The notes below the pieces were generated by a model. That model was not told the origin of the DNA. It made no database searches and worked only from the letters and a program-made list of their open reading frames with translations. The position numbers and the translations under genes were made by a program. Positions 17,402-32,880 of a stretch of DNA of 64,000 bases are shown here, one piece after another. The stretch lies in NCBI RefSeq assembly GCF_009914755.1, contig NC_060935.1. One strand, given 5' to 3'. Positions within the stretch are counted from its first letter, which is position 1. Every line of letters starts with the position of its first letter. The DNA comes from the human T2T-CHM13v2.0 reference genome, Homo sapiens.

Positions 17402-18001
17402 TTTTTTTTTTAAATTTTTTTGAGATGGAGTCTCACTCTGTTGCCAGGCTGGAGTGTAGTGGTGCGATCTCACTCACTGCAACCTCTGCCTCCCAGGTTC
17501 AAGAGATTTTCCTGCCTCAGCCTCCCGAGTAGCTGGGACTACAGGAGCTCGCCACCATGCTCAGCTAATTTTTTATATTTTTAGTAGAGAAGGGATTTCA
17601 CCATGTTGGCCAGGCTGGTCTCGATCTCTTGACCTTGTGATCCACCTGCCTCGGCTTCCTAAAGTTCTGGGATTACAGGCGTCAGCCACCGTGTCTGGCC
17701 GATTTTTTTTTTTATTTTTGAGACAGGGTCTCACTCTGCCACTCAGGCTGGAGTGCAGTGGTATGAGTGTGGCTCAATGCCGCCTTGACCTCCCAGGCTC
17801 AAGCAATCCTCCTAACTCAGCCTCTCTGAGTAGCTAAGATTACAGGCACAGGTTACCACACCAGGTTAATATTATTTTTTTTTGTACAGACAGGGTCTCA
17901 ATTTGTTGCCCACACTGGTCTCAAACTCCTTGGCTCAAGCGATCTTCCTGCTTCTACCTCCCAAAGTGGTGGGATGACAGGCATGAGTCACCATGCCCAG
18001 C
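17402..18001 (-). mobile_element. Tandem AluS (about 17402-17700) and AluJ (about 17703-18001)
   Basis: Two full dimers; ctatgatt on both outer flanks. Confidence 0.88.
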
Positions 18002-19536
18002 TCTATGATTATTTCTAAGATGATAAATAATGGCATAGGAACCCTCCAAATAATTCAGCCTTCCTATATTACTCTTTTTCTTGGAACTTCAATTAACCAC
18101 AGCCAAAAATCAGCCATAAACTTGAATTTTTAAAAGTCCTTCTGAATGGACAATCGTCTGTACTTTATGGAAAAAGATATAATTCAAAGAGAAAGGAAGG
18201 TAGGACCAGAAGATACACATAGTTTATCTGTAGGTCTGGCGGTTACCGGGAGTAATGAGTTACATAATGAACAGGAACCAGAACTAAATCTATCATTAAG
18301 GAATTCACTGGTTGCAGAGCAAAACTTCTTTAAAGTTGACCAAATTTGAGCACTTTTGCAACTAAAAATCTCTATTGTGTTTCTGTGCATCGTTGGGAGG
18401 CTTGAACTAAGCAGAAGGAGTTTAGCTCTGCCGACCTTTTACTCTCCTACACAGGTAACAATGGAGACTACAGATCATTTTCCTAAGCTTTCCCTAATTC
18501 CTCTATTCCTTAACAAAACCAATTCCACTTTGGGTACATCTTGTAGGCCCAGAATGCTCTCTGACACATCTTCCTCCAGTTAATATGAGTTTTGATTCTG
18601 CTTAAGTCACACAGCTGCAGTGGCATGCTGTCTAGAAATAGTTTGTGTTGGTATTCAAGCTGAACAAACCCTGATTTCTATTTATGACACTCCCTTCTGA
18701 CTCTTTGATTCCAATCAATGCACTGAAAATAAAACTCAGACCCTGAATTAAAAAAAAAACATAGGCTAGATAGGAACAAGGCTTACAATACATAACCTTG
18801 TCCACGCTAAAGCTGAAAGAGGGAAAAAGTTTAATGGCCCTTCCTCTGCCACCTCTCTTCTCACCTATCTCAGTATTTTTAAATATTGATGAAAACCACA
18901 AATTGAACGCCTCCTTATTCAGTTTCTCACAGGCTGTTACCAACAATGGGGCAAGGTTACACACTAGTATCAGAAGAAAAAGAATGTTCCACAAACCATA
19001 GGAAACATGTTTGTGGTTTTTGCTGTAACTGCTGAAATACACAGTATTTTGGCCCTAAAAACAAACTAGGTACAATTAGGAAAGAGGGCTTTCCAGATGT
19101 GATGGTGAAGAGATGCAGATGGGCTGCAGGCAACAATGACTGAAAATGGACTTTGGCTACTATAATGGCTAGCCAGTTTTACTACTGCTGCTGTCTGAAA
19201 GAGGCAAAAGTCTTACATTTTGCAAAGATACTACTAATGGCTTCAAAGGAATGAAATTCTTACCTTGCTCCCAAACATGTATTCCCTTTCCCTCATGGTC
19301 AAGACTGTTTTACCACATTGCTTCCTTCCTTAGTGAGCTCTAAATTTCAAGTGAACCAGAAGAAAACATCAGTTGAGAACTCCACAAAGGTTCACTTATG
19401 AGTTCCTCCACTTGAGAGAGGACAACATTTCAGTAAACGGCACCACTCTACTTTTTATAATTAAAGTATGACCTATGGGAATGACTTGTGACTCTTCTCT
19501 CTTCCTTATCTTTTCTTTCTAGTTTATTTCATAGAC

Positions 19537-20273
<737 letters not shown>

Positions 20274-23090
20274 CAGACCACTGTTTATTCCTTCAGAATG
20301 TTTTAGGTTCATTTCTTTCTCTCCATTTTCACTGTTGAGATTATAAGCAAAAGTCCCATAATTATCTTATGTGTCTTTAATTCCCCCCTTCCCCAATCCA
20401 TTCTATATGTCAGGTTAATTTTTTCATCTTGCCAGTATCTTAGAATACATACAATGCCTCTCTGTTTTTTACTGGATAAAGCCCAAGCTATCTGTAACAC
20501 TCCAATCTCTCCATAATTGTTCCTATCTTGTCTAGCCATCTTTATCACCCAATAATTCCTTACTCCATTATTTTTATAGCATAGAATTTTAATTTTTAAA
20601 GCAATTTTAAAAACATTTGTTCATCTGATTTCCACAACAAACCTGTGATGATACAAGTGTGTAATTCCCTTTTAAAGTAAACTTAAAGTATAAAATATGT
20701 GTAAAAAGTACACAAATAACTAGTATACAGTTCTATAAATTTTCACAAACACACCATGAAGCACCATACGGATCAATAAACTGAACAATAGCAGTACCCC
20801 AAAAAAGTCCTCCTAAGGTCTTCTTTTAGTTACTACCCCTACCAAAAGTAACCTCTTTCCTGACCTCTATCACCAGAGATTGACTATGATCCCCTGAGAA
20901 TACTGAGGACAAGAAAGATCAAGTGGTATATCCAGGAACAAAACCCAAGTCTCCTGGCTCTAAGTCCATAGCTCTTCCTGCCACCCCACACAAACTCTTC
21001 ACTCCCAGAAAGATCAGGATTCTAATGAAGCTGCCATATATGCTGTATTTCTGCCTTTACAGCCTAGCTTCAATACCTGCTAGCGGTGTGATTTTGCATG
21101 AGTGACTATACTGCTGCACTGAGAGGTAGCAGCCTCATCTGTAAGAAAGGGATAAAAGTTAATTATCGGCACATACTCGATAAACATTATTGTTTTCTCT
21201 TTTGAATGTTTTAACGTTATGCTTGCCACACGGGTACTCAATAATAGATGTCAATTTGGAACGTCAAAAATTTAATCTTTGTTAATCTTTTCTTCCATTT
21301 TCCTCTGTCTACCATGTTTTAAGTAATCTCTAATCTTACAAAGTTAATCTTATTTAGTTAAGTGAGACAATATAAATAATTTCTCAACTCCCTAAATGTC
21401 TTTTCCTTGCTACTTTTAATAATGAAGATTCCTCGACACTCTTACTCTACCAAAAGACTTAGGAGGCATTTACGTTCACTTTTATCTCAGTTGCTTTAAC
21501 CAAACTTGTTCAATTAAGACACACTGGGAAGACTGAAATGGGAGAAACAGTTTGGTAACAAAACCTTAGAAGTCTGTATCACACACATAAAAGGATTTCT
21601 CTTCCCTATGTTCCCTAACTCTACAATTCAAAGTATTAATATAAAATATGTCATGATAAAGAATCTCAAAGTATTTTACGACAGACTGAAATGGATACTT
21701 TCAATTTTGACAAAAATTTCTAGGATTCTCTTTAGTCCTAGATATGGGGAAAATTGGCAATTCCCTTCATCACTATTTCTGTTGGTTGGTGGCTCGAGCT
21801 ATTTTGATGCAGGTTGGTTAATTAGCCACAGCTCTGGGAAATTTATTGCACACCCCTTGGCTGAGTATTCTCCTTTCTGAGTTGACTTCACAGTATGTAC
21901 TTTACTGAATGCCCACTAATGCTGACCTTTCTCTGGTTTGCTAAGTAATACTGATATAATTTTGAAAATTAGAACACTACCTGGTGATTGTGGCATCTCA
22001 TCAAGGACTGAGGGGCAGTCACTTTTTCCTAATTACACGTGTGTAGAATAAAAGACTATTCTTCTCTGTGAAGCCACTCCCCCAGCTGAACATCTGCCAC
22101 CTGGCTTTGAGGGACTTACCTGGAGACCAGCCTCAGAGGCATATGGCATTTTGCATATTTGCTTAGATTCATTTTCCCATGATCTGTCCCTTTCAAATGA
22201 TCAAATATGCTCAGTAATTTATAAGTTAGTCTTATCCATGCATATGAAGAAAAACTTAGGCTACAGGAAATCAGAGAATCTTAGAGAGGTAATACTTTAG
22301 AGGTCACTTAATCCAATTCTCTGATTATACAGAGGGAGAAATTGAGGCTGAAAGATCACAGAGACTTGCCTGAGGTGACACAGGTAACTAGTAAGGTATC
22401 TAGATTTCAAACCCAGAACCACTCTGCATCCTGTGTACTTTTCAGTACACCACAGCGCATACCTTCATTTCTACTGAGAGGTGGGGAGAAAGGAAGATAA
22501 ATTATAACTGTAAAAACATACCATTTTACTATTTATTACCCTCTGGCCAAAAGTTACAAGTGTAGATTAGATATTTCCCCATCCTTCTCTTTTGGTTCCC
22601 TAAAGAAGGCACCTATGAAACACACCTGTCTTATTTTTTTCAAGACTGCACTGCATCCATTACAGGAACTCTTGCGAACTTACAGCCAGTTATTACAGCC
22701 CTACTAAAAGAAACAGAATTTAGTCATCTGGCCCAAAGCTTCTTCCTTCACCAGAAAACAACAAATGAGGGATAGAAGCAGGCACTTCATACAAATGGAT
22801 TGAAAAGAAATGTACACTGCTAATGTACCAATGTTATTCTCTATGGCTAATGTAACAAGTTTAAATAAATTATATTTGAATAGTTTAGCTCTGAGAAGCT
22901 ATATACTCTAGTACTGCATAAATTATGGAAGTATGTTAAAGTCCCAGTATAACGCCTTTAGGGTGTGAGACCACATTACTAGAGAGACTGTGTCATAATG
23001 AAGGTTTCCCAGTACTGTTGAAGGTAAGATACTTGTGAGTGCGATCTATGAGAGAACTACCTTTTAAGGAATCTTATGTTATTATGTAAC

Positions 23091-23091
<1 letters not shown>

Positions 23092-23137
<46 letters not shown>
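23092..23137. repeat. (CA)n microsatellite
   Basis: Direct inspection. Confidence 0.95.
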
Positions 23138-23139
<2 letters not shown>

Positions 23140-23171
23140 TGTACTTTATCATAAGATTTTATCAAAATTTA

Positions 23172-23575
23172 AAGTCAGGCACAGATAAATATTGCATGTT
23201 CTCATTCATATGTGGGAATAAAACATTTTTTGAGCTCATGGGAAATAGTAGAACAGTGTGTAACGGGGGCTTGGAAGGGTGGGGAGAGGTTGGTTAGTAG
23301 ATACAAAATTATAGCTAGATAGGAGGAATGAGTGCTGGTATTCTGCAGCAATATAGGGTGAATACGGTTAACTACAATTTATTGTATATTTTCAAAAAGG
23401 TGGATGAGAGGATTTTGAATGTTCACAACACAAAGAAATGAAAAATGTTTGAGGTGACGAATATGCTAATTACCCTAATTTGATCAGTATTATATACATA
23501 CACCAAAATACCATTCTATATTCCATAAATACATACAATTATTACATGTCAACTAAACATGAAAGGGGAAAAATT
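23172..23575 (+). mobile_element. L1MA 3' UTR fragment
   Basis: gtcaggcacagataaatattgcatgttctcattcatatgtggga ... gaatatgctaattaccct. Confidence 0.75.
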
Positions 23576-24038
23576 TTATTAAAATTTAGAAAGTAGGAAG
23601 AGACAACTTCATACCTATTGACTACCTACTTCCTAAAACACAGCTATCTACTTTTCTTATATTACTTGATTTAATCCTCACAACTCCATAATATATTATG
23701 GTCTCATTTTTACAGATCAGGAAATTAAGACACAAAAAGATTAGGTGGCATATGTAAAATCACATAGTTTATAATACACAGAGGTGGGGTGGGGACTTGA
23801 ACCCAAGAGTGTCTAACTCTATAGCCACTAGACTTTCCTTTATGCTATGTTGCTACCACTCACAAAATTAAAGATGCTTTTTAGCTTCCCAGCAAATTCA
23901 CAGCAGATCAACTCACTACTCGTCGACAGTGTGTCTTAAACTTTGTTGGATTTGATTCATTAATCCATTCATCCATCCACCACACGGATACTAGGTGTCC
24001 ACCACGTCCCAGGCATTACACTAGGAATATACCGATGA

Positions 24039-25062
<1,024 letters not shown>

Positions 25063-26085
25063 GAAGTCCTCACGTCTTTTGACATAGAGGAAAGTGTCAT
25101 TAATTAAATAGTCATGCACATAGATGTAAAATTACAACTGTTAAAGGTTATGATGGATTAAGAGTTAGTATCTCTGGGTGTGAAACTTAACATGGTACGA
25201 CTGCAGCATCTAACAGGGGCCTCTGACTCAGACTAGAGGGTCAAGAAAGGTTTCTCTGAGGAAATGGTGATTGAGTATAAACATCAGTAAGCAAAATTAT
25301 TTAGATGAAGAAGACTGTTCTAGATTGAAGGAATAATATACGCAGAGTCTGAGGTGAGAGAAAGAACTGCACGTCTGAAGACACAGAAGAAGGGTGGTGA
25401 TAGGAGAGAACAAAGTGGAGTCCCACAGTATAACAGACTAGAGAAGGAGACACAGCCACATTCTACTAGGCATTGTAGGCGACATAAAGGATTTTGGCTT
25501 TTATCCTAAGAGCAAAGGGAGGCCACTGAATGGCTTTAAGAAGAGTGACAACATGATTGGGTTAATTTTTTTTTTTTTTTAATGGGGATGGAGTCTCATT
25601 ATGCTGTCCAGGCTGGTCCGGAACTCCTGGGATCAAGTGATCTGTGCACCTCAGGCTCCCAAAGTGCAGGGATTACAGGCATGAGCAACTGTGCCCAGCC
25701 AGGATTTACATTTTATAAAAACTCACACTAAAATGGGAGAACTGATTCAGAAGAGGAAAGAATGGATATATGAAGATCAGTTAGGAGGCTATTAGTCTAG
25801 GCAGTATCTTAATCTGAAAAGGTAAAAGAGGAAATGAAGAGAAATGAATGGATGTGAGAGATATTTAGGAGCGCAAAACTGACAGAACTTAGTCAATGGA
25901 GGAAATGAGAAAGGAAGACTTCTGAGATGACTCAGGTATCTGGCATGTACAATTAGATGAATACAGAATATTGAAAGAAGATCAAATTTGCTGGGAGGAG
26001 AGGAGAAATCATAGGTTCAGTTTTGGATGTGTTGTGTTTGAGATGCCTTTGAGATATGTAAATGGCAGTCAATGAGGCAGTCAAT

Positions 26086-26446
26086 GAGTCAGCCCTCTGT
26101 ATTCAGAGGTTCTGCATTTGTGGATTCAACCAACAGCAGATTTAAAATATTCAGGAAAAACAAATAGATGGTTGTATCTGTAACTAACATGTACAGATTT
26201 TTTTCTTGCCATTATTTCCCTAAACAATACAGCATAACAACTATTTACACAGCATTTACATTGTATTAGGTATTATAAGTAACCTATAAATTATTTAAAG
26301 TATACAGGAGGATGTGCATAGGTGATACGCATACTACGTCATTTTACATAAGGGACTCATTAGTATCCTCGAATTTTGCTATCTGAGAGGGGGCTAGTGG
26401 GTAGGGTGTCCTGGAACCAATCCCTGAGGATACTGAGGGACGAATG
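26086..26446. mobile_element. MER2 (Tigger-family) DNA element nested in L2
   Basis: Degenerate terminal inverted repeats (gtcagccctctgta ... tactgagggacgaatg-TA); gtattaggtattataagtaacct core. Confidence 0.8.
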
Positions 26447-26893
26447 TATATGAGTCTAGAGCTCAGAGAAGAAGTCTGGATTAGAGATAAAAACTTCTGA
26501 GAGAATAAACAGTAAGCAATAGATACAGATGAAATAACATGAGGAAAATAAAGACCACCAAGGACTGGGCCTTGAGGAATTCCAACACCTGATGAATAGA
26601 TAGAAATGGATAAATCTGTACAGGAGACTAAGAAAGAATAAATGCTGAGAAAGGAGAAAAACAGGGATAATGTGATGTCACAGAAGTCAAGGGAGTAGAG
26701 GGTTATAAGAATAAAAAAGTCATTAATAGTGCTGATTAGCACTGACCGGCCAAGTAAAATAAAGACTTAAAAGTCTGCTGGATTTAATAACATGAAGATC
26801 ATTACTGATCCTAACAAGAGCTACTTCAACGGTGTGATAGGGGTGGAAACTACAAAGAAGTAGGAGTATAGAATGAGTGGGAGATGCTGTGCT

Positions 26894-26927
<34 letters not shown>

Positions 26928-26961
26928 CAATACCCATCCTAAAGTTGTTCAGTTTTGTTTA

Positions 26962-27287
<326 letters not shown>

Positions 27288-28369
27288 TTACAGAATATAG
27301 ACACAATGCTATAGTTTCGCTAATTCGCAACAAAAATCCAAAAAAGGAAGGCTCAAAGTAGCTGGGTAACCCAGAAAAATCTTTATAGAGAAGAAAATTC
27401 TTAAGCAAAGTACTTAAGTACAAAATTGAGTGACTGAAAGATGCTTAATCTAGGGAAATTAAATGAGAAAAATACATGGTGTGTGTGTTGGAGGGGGAGC
27501 TGGAATTGGAATGGGCTGGAGTGATGAAAAAAAGCCAACAGATACAGTCTTCTGTTTTGTAATATAGGCTCAATACTAAATTATGTAGGACTAGATAATC
27601 TAGGTCCTAATGTCTCCTTTTTGCTGGCAACCTGGGGGCCAATTACACTAGAGGGTTGGTAGAAAAAAGAGAATATAAGAATCATACATCAATTATGTTG
27701 CTCACTAGTTTTGGATGATTTTGTGTGAAAGGTGAGGATGAGTAAAATAAATGGCTAAAAAGTAATTTTATATTATTTGTGATTTTTAGGCAGTTGGAAG
27801 AAGTGGAAAAAAACACAGACTTTATAAAACAGTCTGCAGTCTAGAAAAAAATACATATATTTTAAAAATACACTTTAAAGCTAAAGAGAATCAGGAGTGA
27901 ATACTAACTACTTACTATCTACGTAGCTTTGGAAATGCAATCTATCTCTGCACTCCAGTTTTTCATTTATAAAATGGGGAAACAAGCTTCTAAGCAAAGT
28001 TGTTTCTGGATTTAGAGATGAGATGGTAGTGCTTGATTCCTAAGCATCTAGTAAACGGTGGCTAATACAGCTGTATTAATACAAAATGAAAAAACAGGAA
28101 ATACAGTCAAACAGATAACCCTGTATACCTGACAGGGACATTCTGTTTACTAGTGGGCCCTAATCTACATTTTTGTATATTTATCCACAAATAAGTGAAA
28201 AGCATCAGACAGTAAAGTGTAGTTTTTGGGCCTATTTTGAAATCAATATAATCTGTCTCATAGACTTTTACAACTAATAATATTACATATATAACTATTC
28301 AATAAATATTTAGAAAAGTAAAATATATTCTTACTTTATATTATTGCCAACTTTAAAATTTAATTATTT

Positions 28370-28653
28370 GTTTTTCACATAGGGGGCTCCCTCTGTCGCC
28401 CAGGCTGGAGCACAGTGACACCATTATGGCTCACTGAAGCCTCGAGTTCCTAGGCTCCAGTAATTCTCTCACCTCAGCCTCTTGAGTAGATAGACTACAG
28501 GTGCACACCACTACACCTGGCTAATTTATTTTTTGTTGAGATAGGGTCTTCCTATGTTCAACAGGCTGGTCTTGAATTCCTGGTCTCAAGCAATTTTCCC
28601 ACCTTGGACTACCAAAGTGCTAGGATTACAAACGTGAGCCACTATACCTGGCC
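28370..28653 (-). mobile_element. AluJ
   Basis: Diverged Alu dimer. Confidence 0.85.
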
Positions 28654-28697
28654 ATGTTATAGCTAATTTTGTAAAAACCAAAAGAATAAAAAAGGCA

Positions 28698-28990
<293 letters not shown>

Positions 28991-29246
28991 CAACTATAGT
29001 TAAGGTCAAAAAAAAAAAAAAAAAAAAAAAAAACCACAGGACAAGAAACGGTAAAGGGATGAGAGAGACAAAACAGGCAGACAGAGAAGAGACGGTCAGA
29101 CAAGAGCTGAGACAGGGAAAATCTGCCTAGACTGCCTGTATCCCTTCATAGCCCTCCCCTCACTATTTCTATTTGATAGTCCAAACCAAAGCAGTCTAAG
29201 CCTCCTCCTGCTCTGCCAAGCCAGCTTTTCCTTTGCCTGATTGTGC

Positions 29247-30763
29247 AGTGTCCGGAATTGGTGGGTTCTTGGTCTCACTGACTTCAACAATGAAGCCGCG
29301 GACCCTCACGGTGAGTGTTACAGTTCTTAAAGGCGGCGCGTCCGGAGTTTGTTCCTTCTGATGTTCGGATGTGTTTGGAGTTTCTTCCTTCTGGTGGGTT
29401 CGTGGTCTGGCTGGCTCAGGAGTGAAGCTGCAGACCTTCGCGGTGAGTGTTAACAGCTCTTTAGGCGGCGTGTCTGGAGTTCTTCATTCCTCCCGGTGGG
29501 CTCGTGGGCTCGCTGGCTTCAGGAGTGAAGCTGCAGATCTTCGCGGTGAGTGTTACAGCTCATAAAGGCAGTGTGGACCCAAAGAGTGAGCAGGAGCAAG
29601 ATTTATTGCAAAGAGCGAAAGAACAAAACTTCCACAGTGTGGAAGGGGACCCGAGCGGGTTGCTACTGCTGGCTCGGGCAGCCTGCTTTTATTCTCTTAT
29701 CTGGCCCCACCCACATCCTGCTGATTGGTAGAGCAGAGTGGTCTGTTTTGACAGGGCGCTGATTGGTACATTTACAGTCCCTGAGCTAGACACAAAGGTT
29801 CTCCACGTCCCCACCAGATTAGCTAGATACAGAGTGTCCACACAAAGGTTCTCCAAGTCCCCACCAGAGTAGCTAGACAGTGTCCACTGGTGCATTCACA
29901 ACCCTGAGCTAGACACAGGGTGCTGATTGGTGTGTTTTCAAACCTTGAGCTAGATAGAGTGCTGATTGGTGTATTTACAATCCCTTAGCTAGACATAAAG
30001 GTTCTCCAAGTCCCCATCAGAGTAGCTAGAAACAGAGTGTCCACTGGTGCATTCACAAACCCTGAGCTAGACAGAGGGTGCTGTTTGGTGTGTTTACAAA
30101 CCTTGAGCTAGATACAGAGTGCCGATTGGTGTATTTACAATCTCTTAGCTAGACATAAAGGTTCTCCACGTCCCCACCAGACTCAGGAGCCCAGCTGGCT
30201 TCACCCAGTGGATCCCACACTGGGGCTGCAGGTGGACCTGCCTGCCAGTCCCGCGCCATGCGCCTGCACTCCTCAGCCCTTGGGTGGTCAATGGGACTGG
30301 GCGCCGTGGAGCAGGGGGCGGCGCTCGTCAGGGAGGCTTCAGCGACACAGGAGCCCACGGAGGGGTGGGGAGGCTCAGGCATGGGGGGCTGCAGGTCCCG
30401 AGCCCTGCCCCACGGGAAGGCAGCTAAGGCCTGGCAGGAAATTGAGCACAGCTGCTGCTGGCCCAGGTGCTAAGCCCCTCACTGCCCGGAGCAGGTGGGG
30501 CCCGCCGAGCCCACACCCACCTGGAACTCGCACTGGCCCGCAAGCACCGCAGGCAGCCCTGGTTCCCGCCCATGCCTCTCCCTCCACACCACCCCACAAG
30601 CTGAGGGAGCCGGCTCCGGCCTTGGCCAGCCCAGAAAGGGGCTCCCACAGTGCAGTGGCAGGCTGAAGGGCTCCTCAAGTGCCGCCAAAGTGGGCGCCAA
30701 GGCCGAGGAGGCGCCGAGAGCGAGAGAGGGCTGTGAGGGCTACCAGCACGCTGTCACCTCTCA
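29247..30763 (-). mobile_element. Solo LTR12C (ERV9 LTR), about 1.5 kb, sense to NARS2
   Basis: Minus strand starts TGAGAGGTGACAGCGTG and ends CCACCAATTCCGGACACT. Tandem U3 repeats with CCAAT boxes and U5 repeats are present; CpG-rich; 4-bp TSD GTGC (29243-29246, 30764-30767). Confidence 0.93.
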
Positions 30764-31153
30764 GTGCCACTGCTCTCATCTCTTGCCCAGTATGCCTTCC
30801 CTCCTAGGAGTCTCCTAACCAGTACTTCACCACAGACTAACAAGCTTGGTATAGCCATACAGTGTTCTAGGCCACTTCCTCTCAGTCATTACAAAACAAA
30901 ACAAAACAAAATGAAACATAACAAAACGAAACAAAGAAAACCTAGATTTGCACCTGCTAAACTAAGAAGAAGACCTTGTGACAGAAATGAGGAAGTACGT
31001 TTATAGAACACTGGGATCTTCTTTGGGAAAAATTTTTAAGAGATGTCTTTGAAAAACATTATCATTTTAAGAGATAGAGTGATAGATGACATTTAAGAAA
31101 AGATCACAAAGGCTAAATGAAAAACCCAACCTAAGAGGACTAACCCCAATTTA

Positions 31154-31363
<210 letters not shown>

Positions 31364-31780
31364 TTAAGCAGCTGAAAATAACCTGCATCAATTCTAAGGG
31401 CTTCATCTTCCTGAGGCTCCATGTGTGGAGCTAGCTGCTAAGGTTACACAGCTGACTAAACAAGAGAGAGATATTTGTTAACAAGAACACCTACAGGCCT
31501 GGAAAGATGAAAGCTGAGGCCAGTAGATAGACACTATGCTTACTGTGTCCCCATTGCTCCCCCACCCCCACCCCCCAGGAGCAGACAATACAGCACCTGC
31601 AGGAAAACAAAGTCTACTTTACAAGGAGATAAAAAAAAAAACCTGACTTCAGAATCACAATTTTTAATAGTGCCTACAGCTTCTTCCACGTTATTGTTCC
31701 TAAGTCTCAGGAAATTAAATGATAGAAGATAATATTCCTAATATTGAGCCTATCTTTGGCTAAATGACTTCTCTTGGTGA

Positions 31781-32075
<295 letters not shown>

Positions 32076-32562
32076 GGTGACTTCTTTTTAAATAAAAAGA
32101 GTCAACTCATGTATGAGATGCTCTTTGATGAATATTTATTAACTCTGTTCAATATATTTATTAAGCAAATACTAATGTGCCTATTAAATTCCAGGTACCA
32201 TATGATATACTGGATATAGTGGTAAGAAAAAGTTATAATCCCTGACTTCATGAAGCTTCCAGGGTTAGGAGAAAAAGAAATGAAAACTTACACAAAGAAT
32301 TGATCATAAATATAACAAACAGAGGTTACTTTTGTAATACATAAAGATCTGACTTAATTGGGATTGAACCGGTACAAGGAATAGTTTAAACACAAAGGTT
32401 AACATTATCTTATTACTACCACTTGTTTGGCAGTATCTTAGTTACAGGAAAAAATAACTGGAATAGGAAAAGAGTTTTGCCTCCAACATTATACATATGT
32501 CCATTGACAGACCATGTGGTCTCTCTGGACCTATATCATTGCCAATAAAATAAAAAAGCTCT

Positions 32563-32880
32563 GGCCAGGCATGGTGGCTCATGCCTTTAATCCCAGCACC
32601 TTGGGAAGCCGAGGAGTGCTTGAGCACAGAAGCCCGAGACTAGCCTAGGCAACATAACCCTGTCTCTACAAAAAATAAAAAAATCAGCCAGACCTGGTGG
32701 CACGCACCTGTAGTCCCAGATAGTTGGGAGACTGAGTTGGGAGGAATGATGAGAGCCTGGGAGGTGGAATCTGCAGTGAGCCATGTTTGCACCACTGCAC
32801 TCCAGCCTCGGCAACACAGAGAGATCTTGTCTTTCAAAAAATAAATAAATAAATAAATAAATAAATTAATTAATTAATTA
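32563..32880 (+). mobile_element. AluJ with (AAAT)n tail
   Basis: Diverged Alu dimer. Confidence 0.85.

Noticed and set aside
26898-26925. Orphan poly(A) tracts (also about 29008, 33335, 53533, 62542) as processed-pseudogene tails
   Set aside because: No upstream mRNA-like sequence or TSD; consistent with mononucleotide expansion.
29371-30818. GC-rich ORF cluster, CpG island and spaced direct repeats resembling a gene start or CRISPR-like array
   Set aside because: Fully explained by the U3/U5 tandem repeats of LTR12C; the 'spacers' are themselves repeated.
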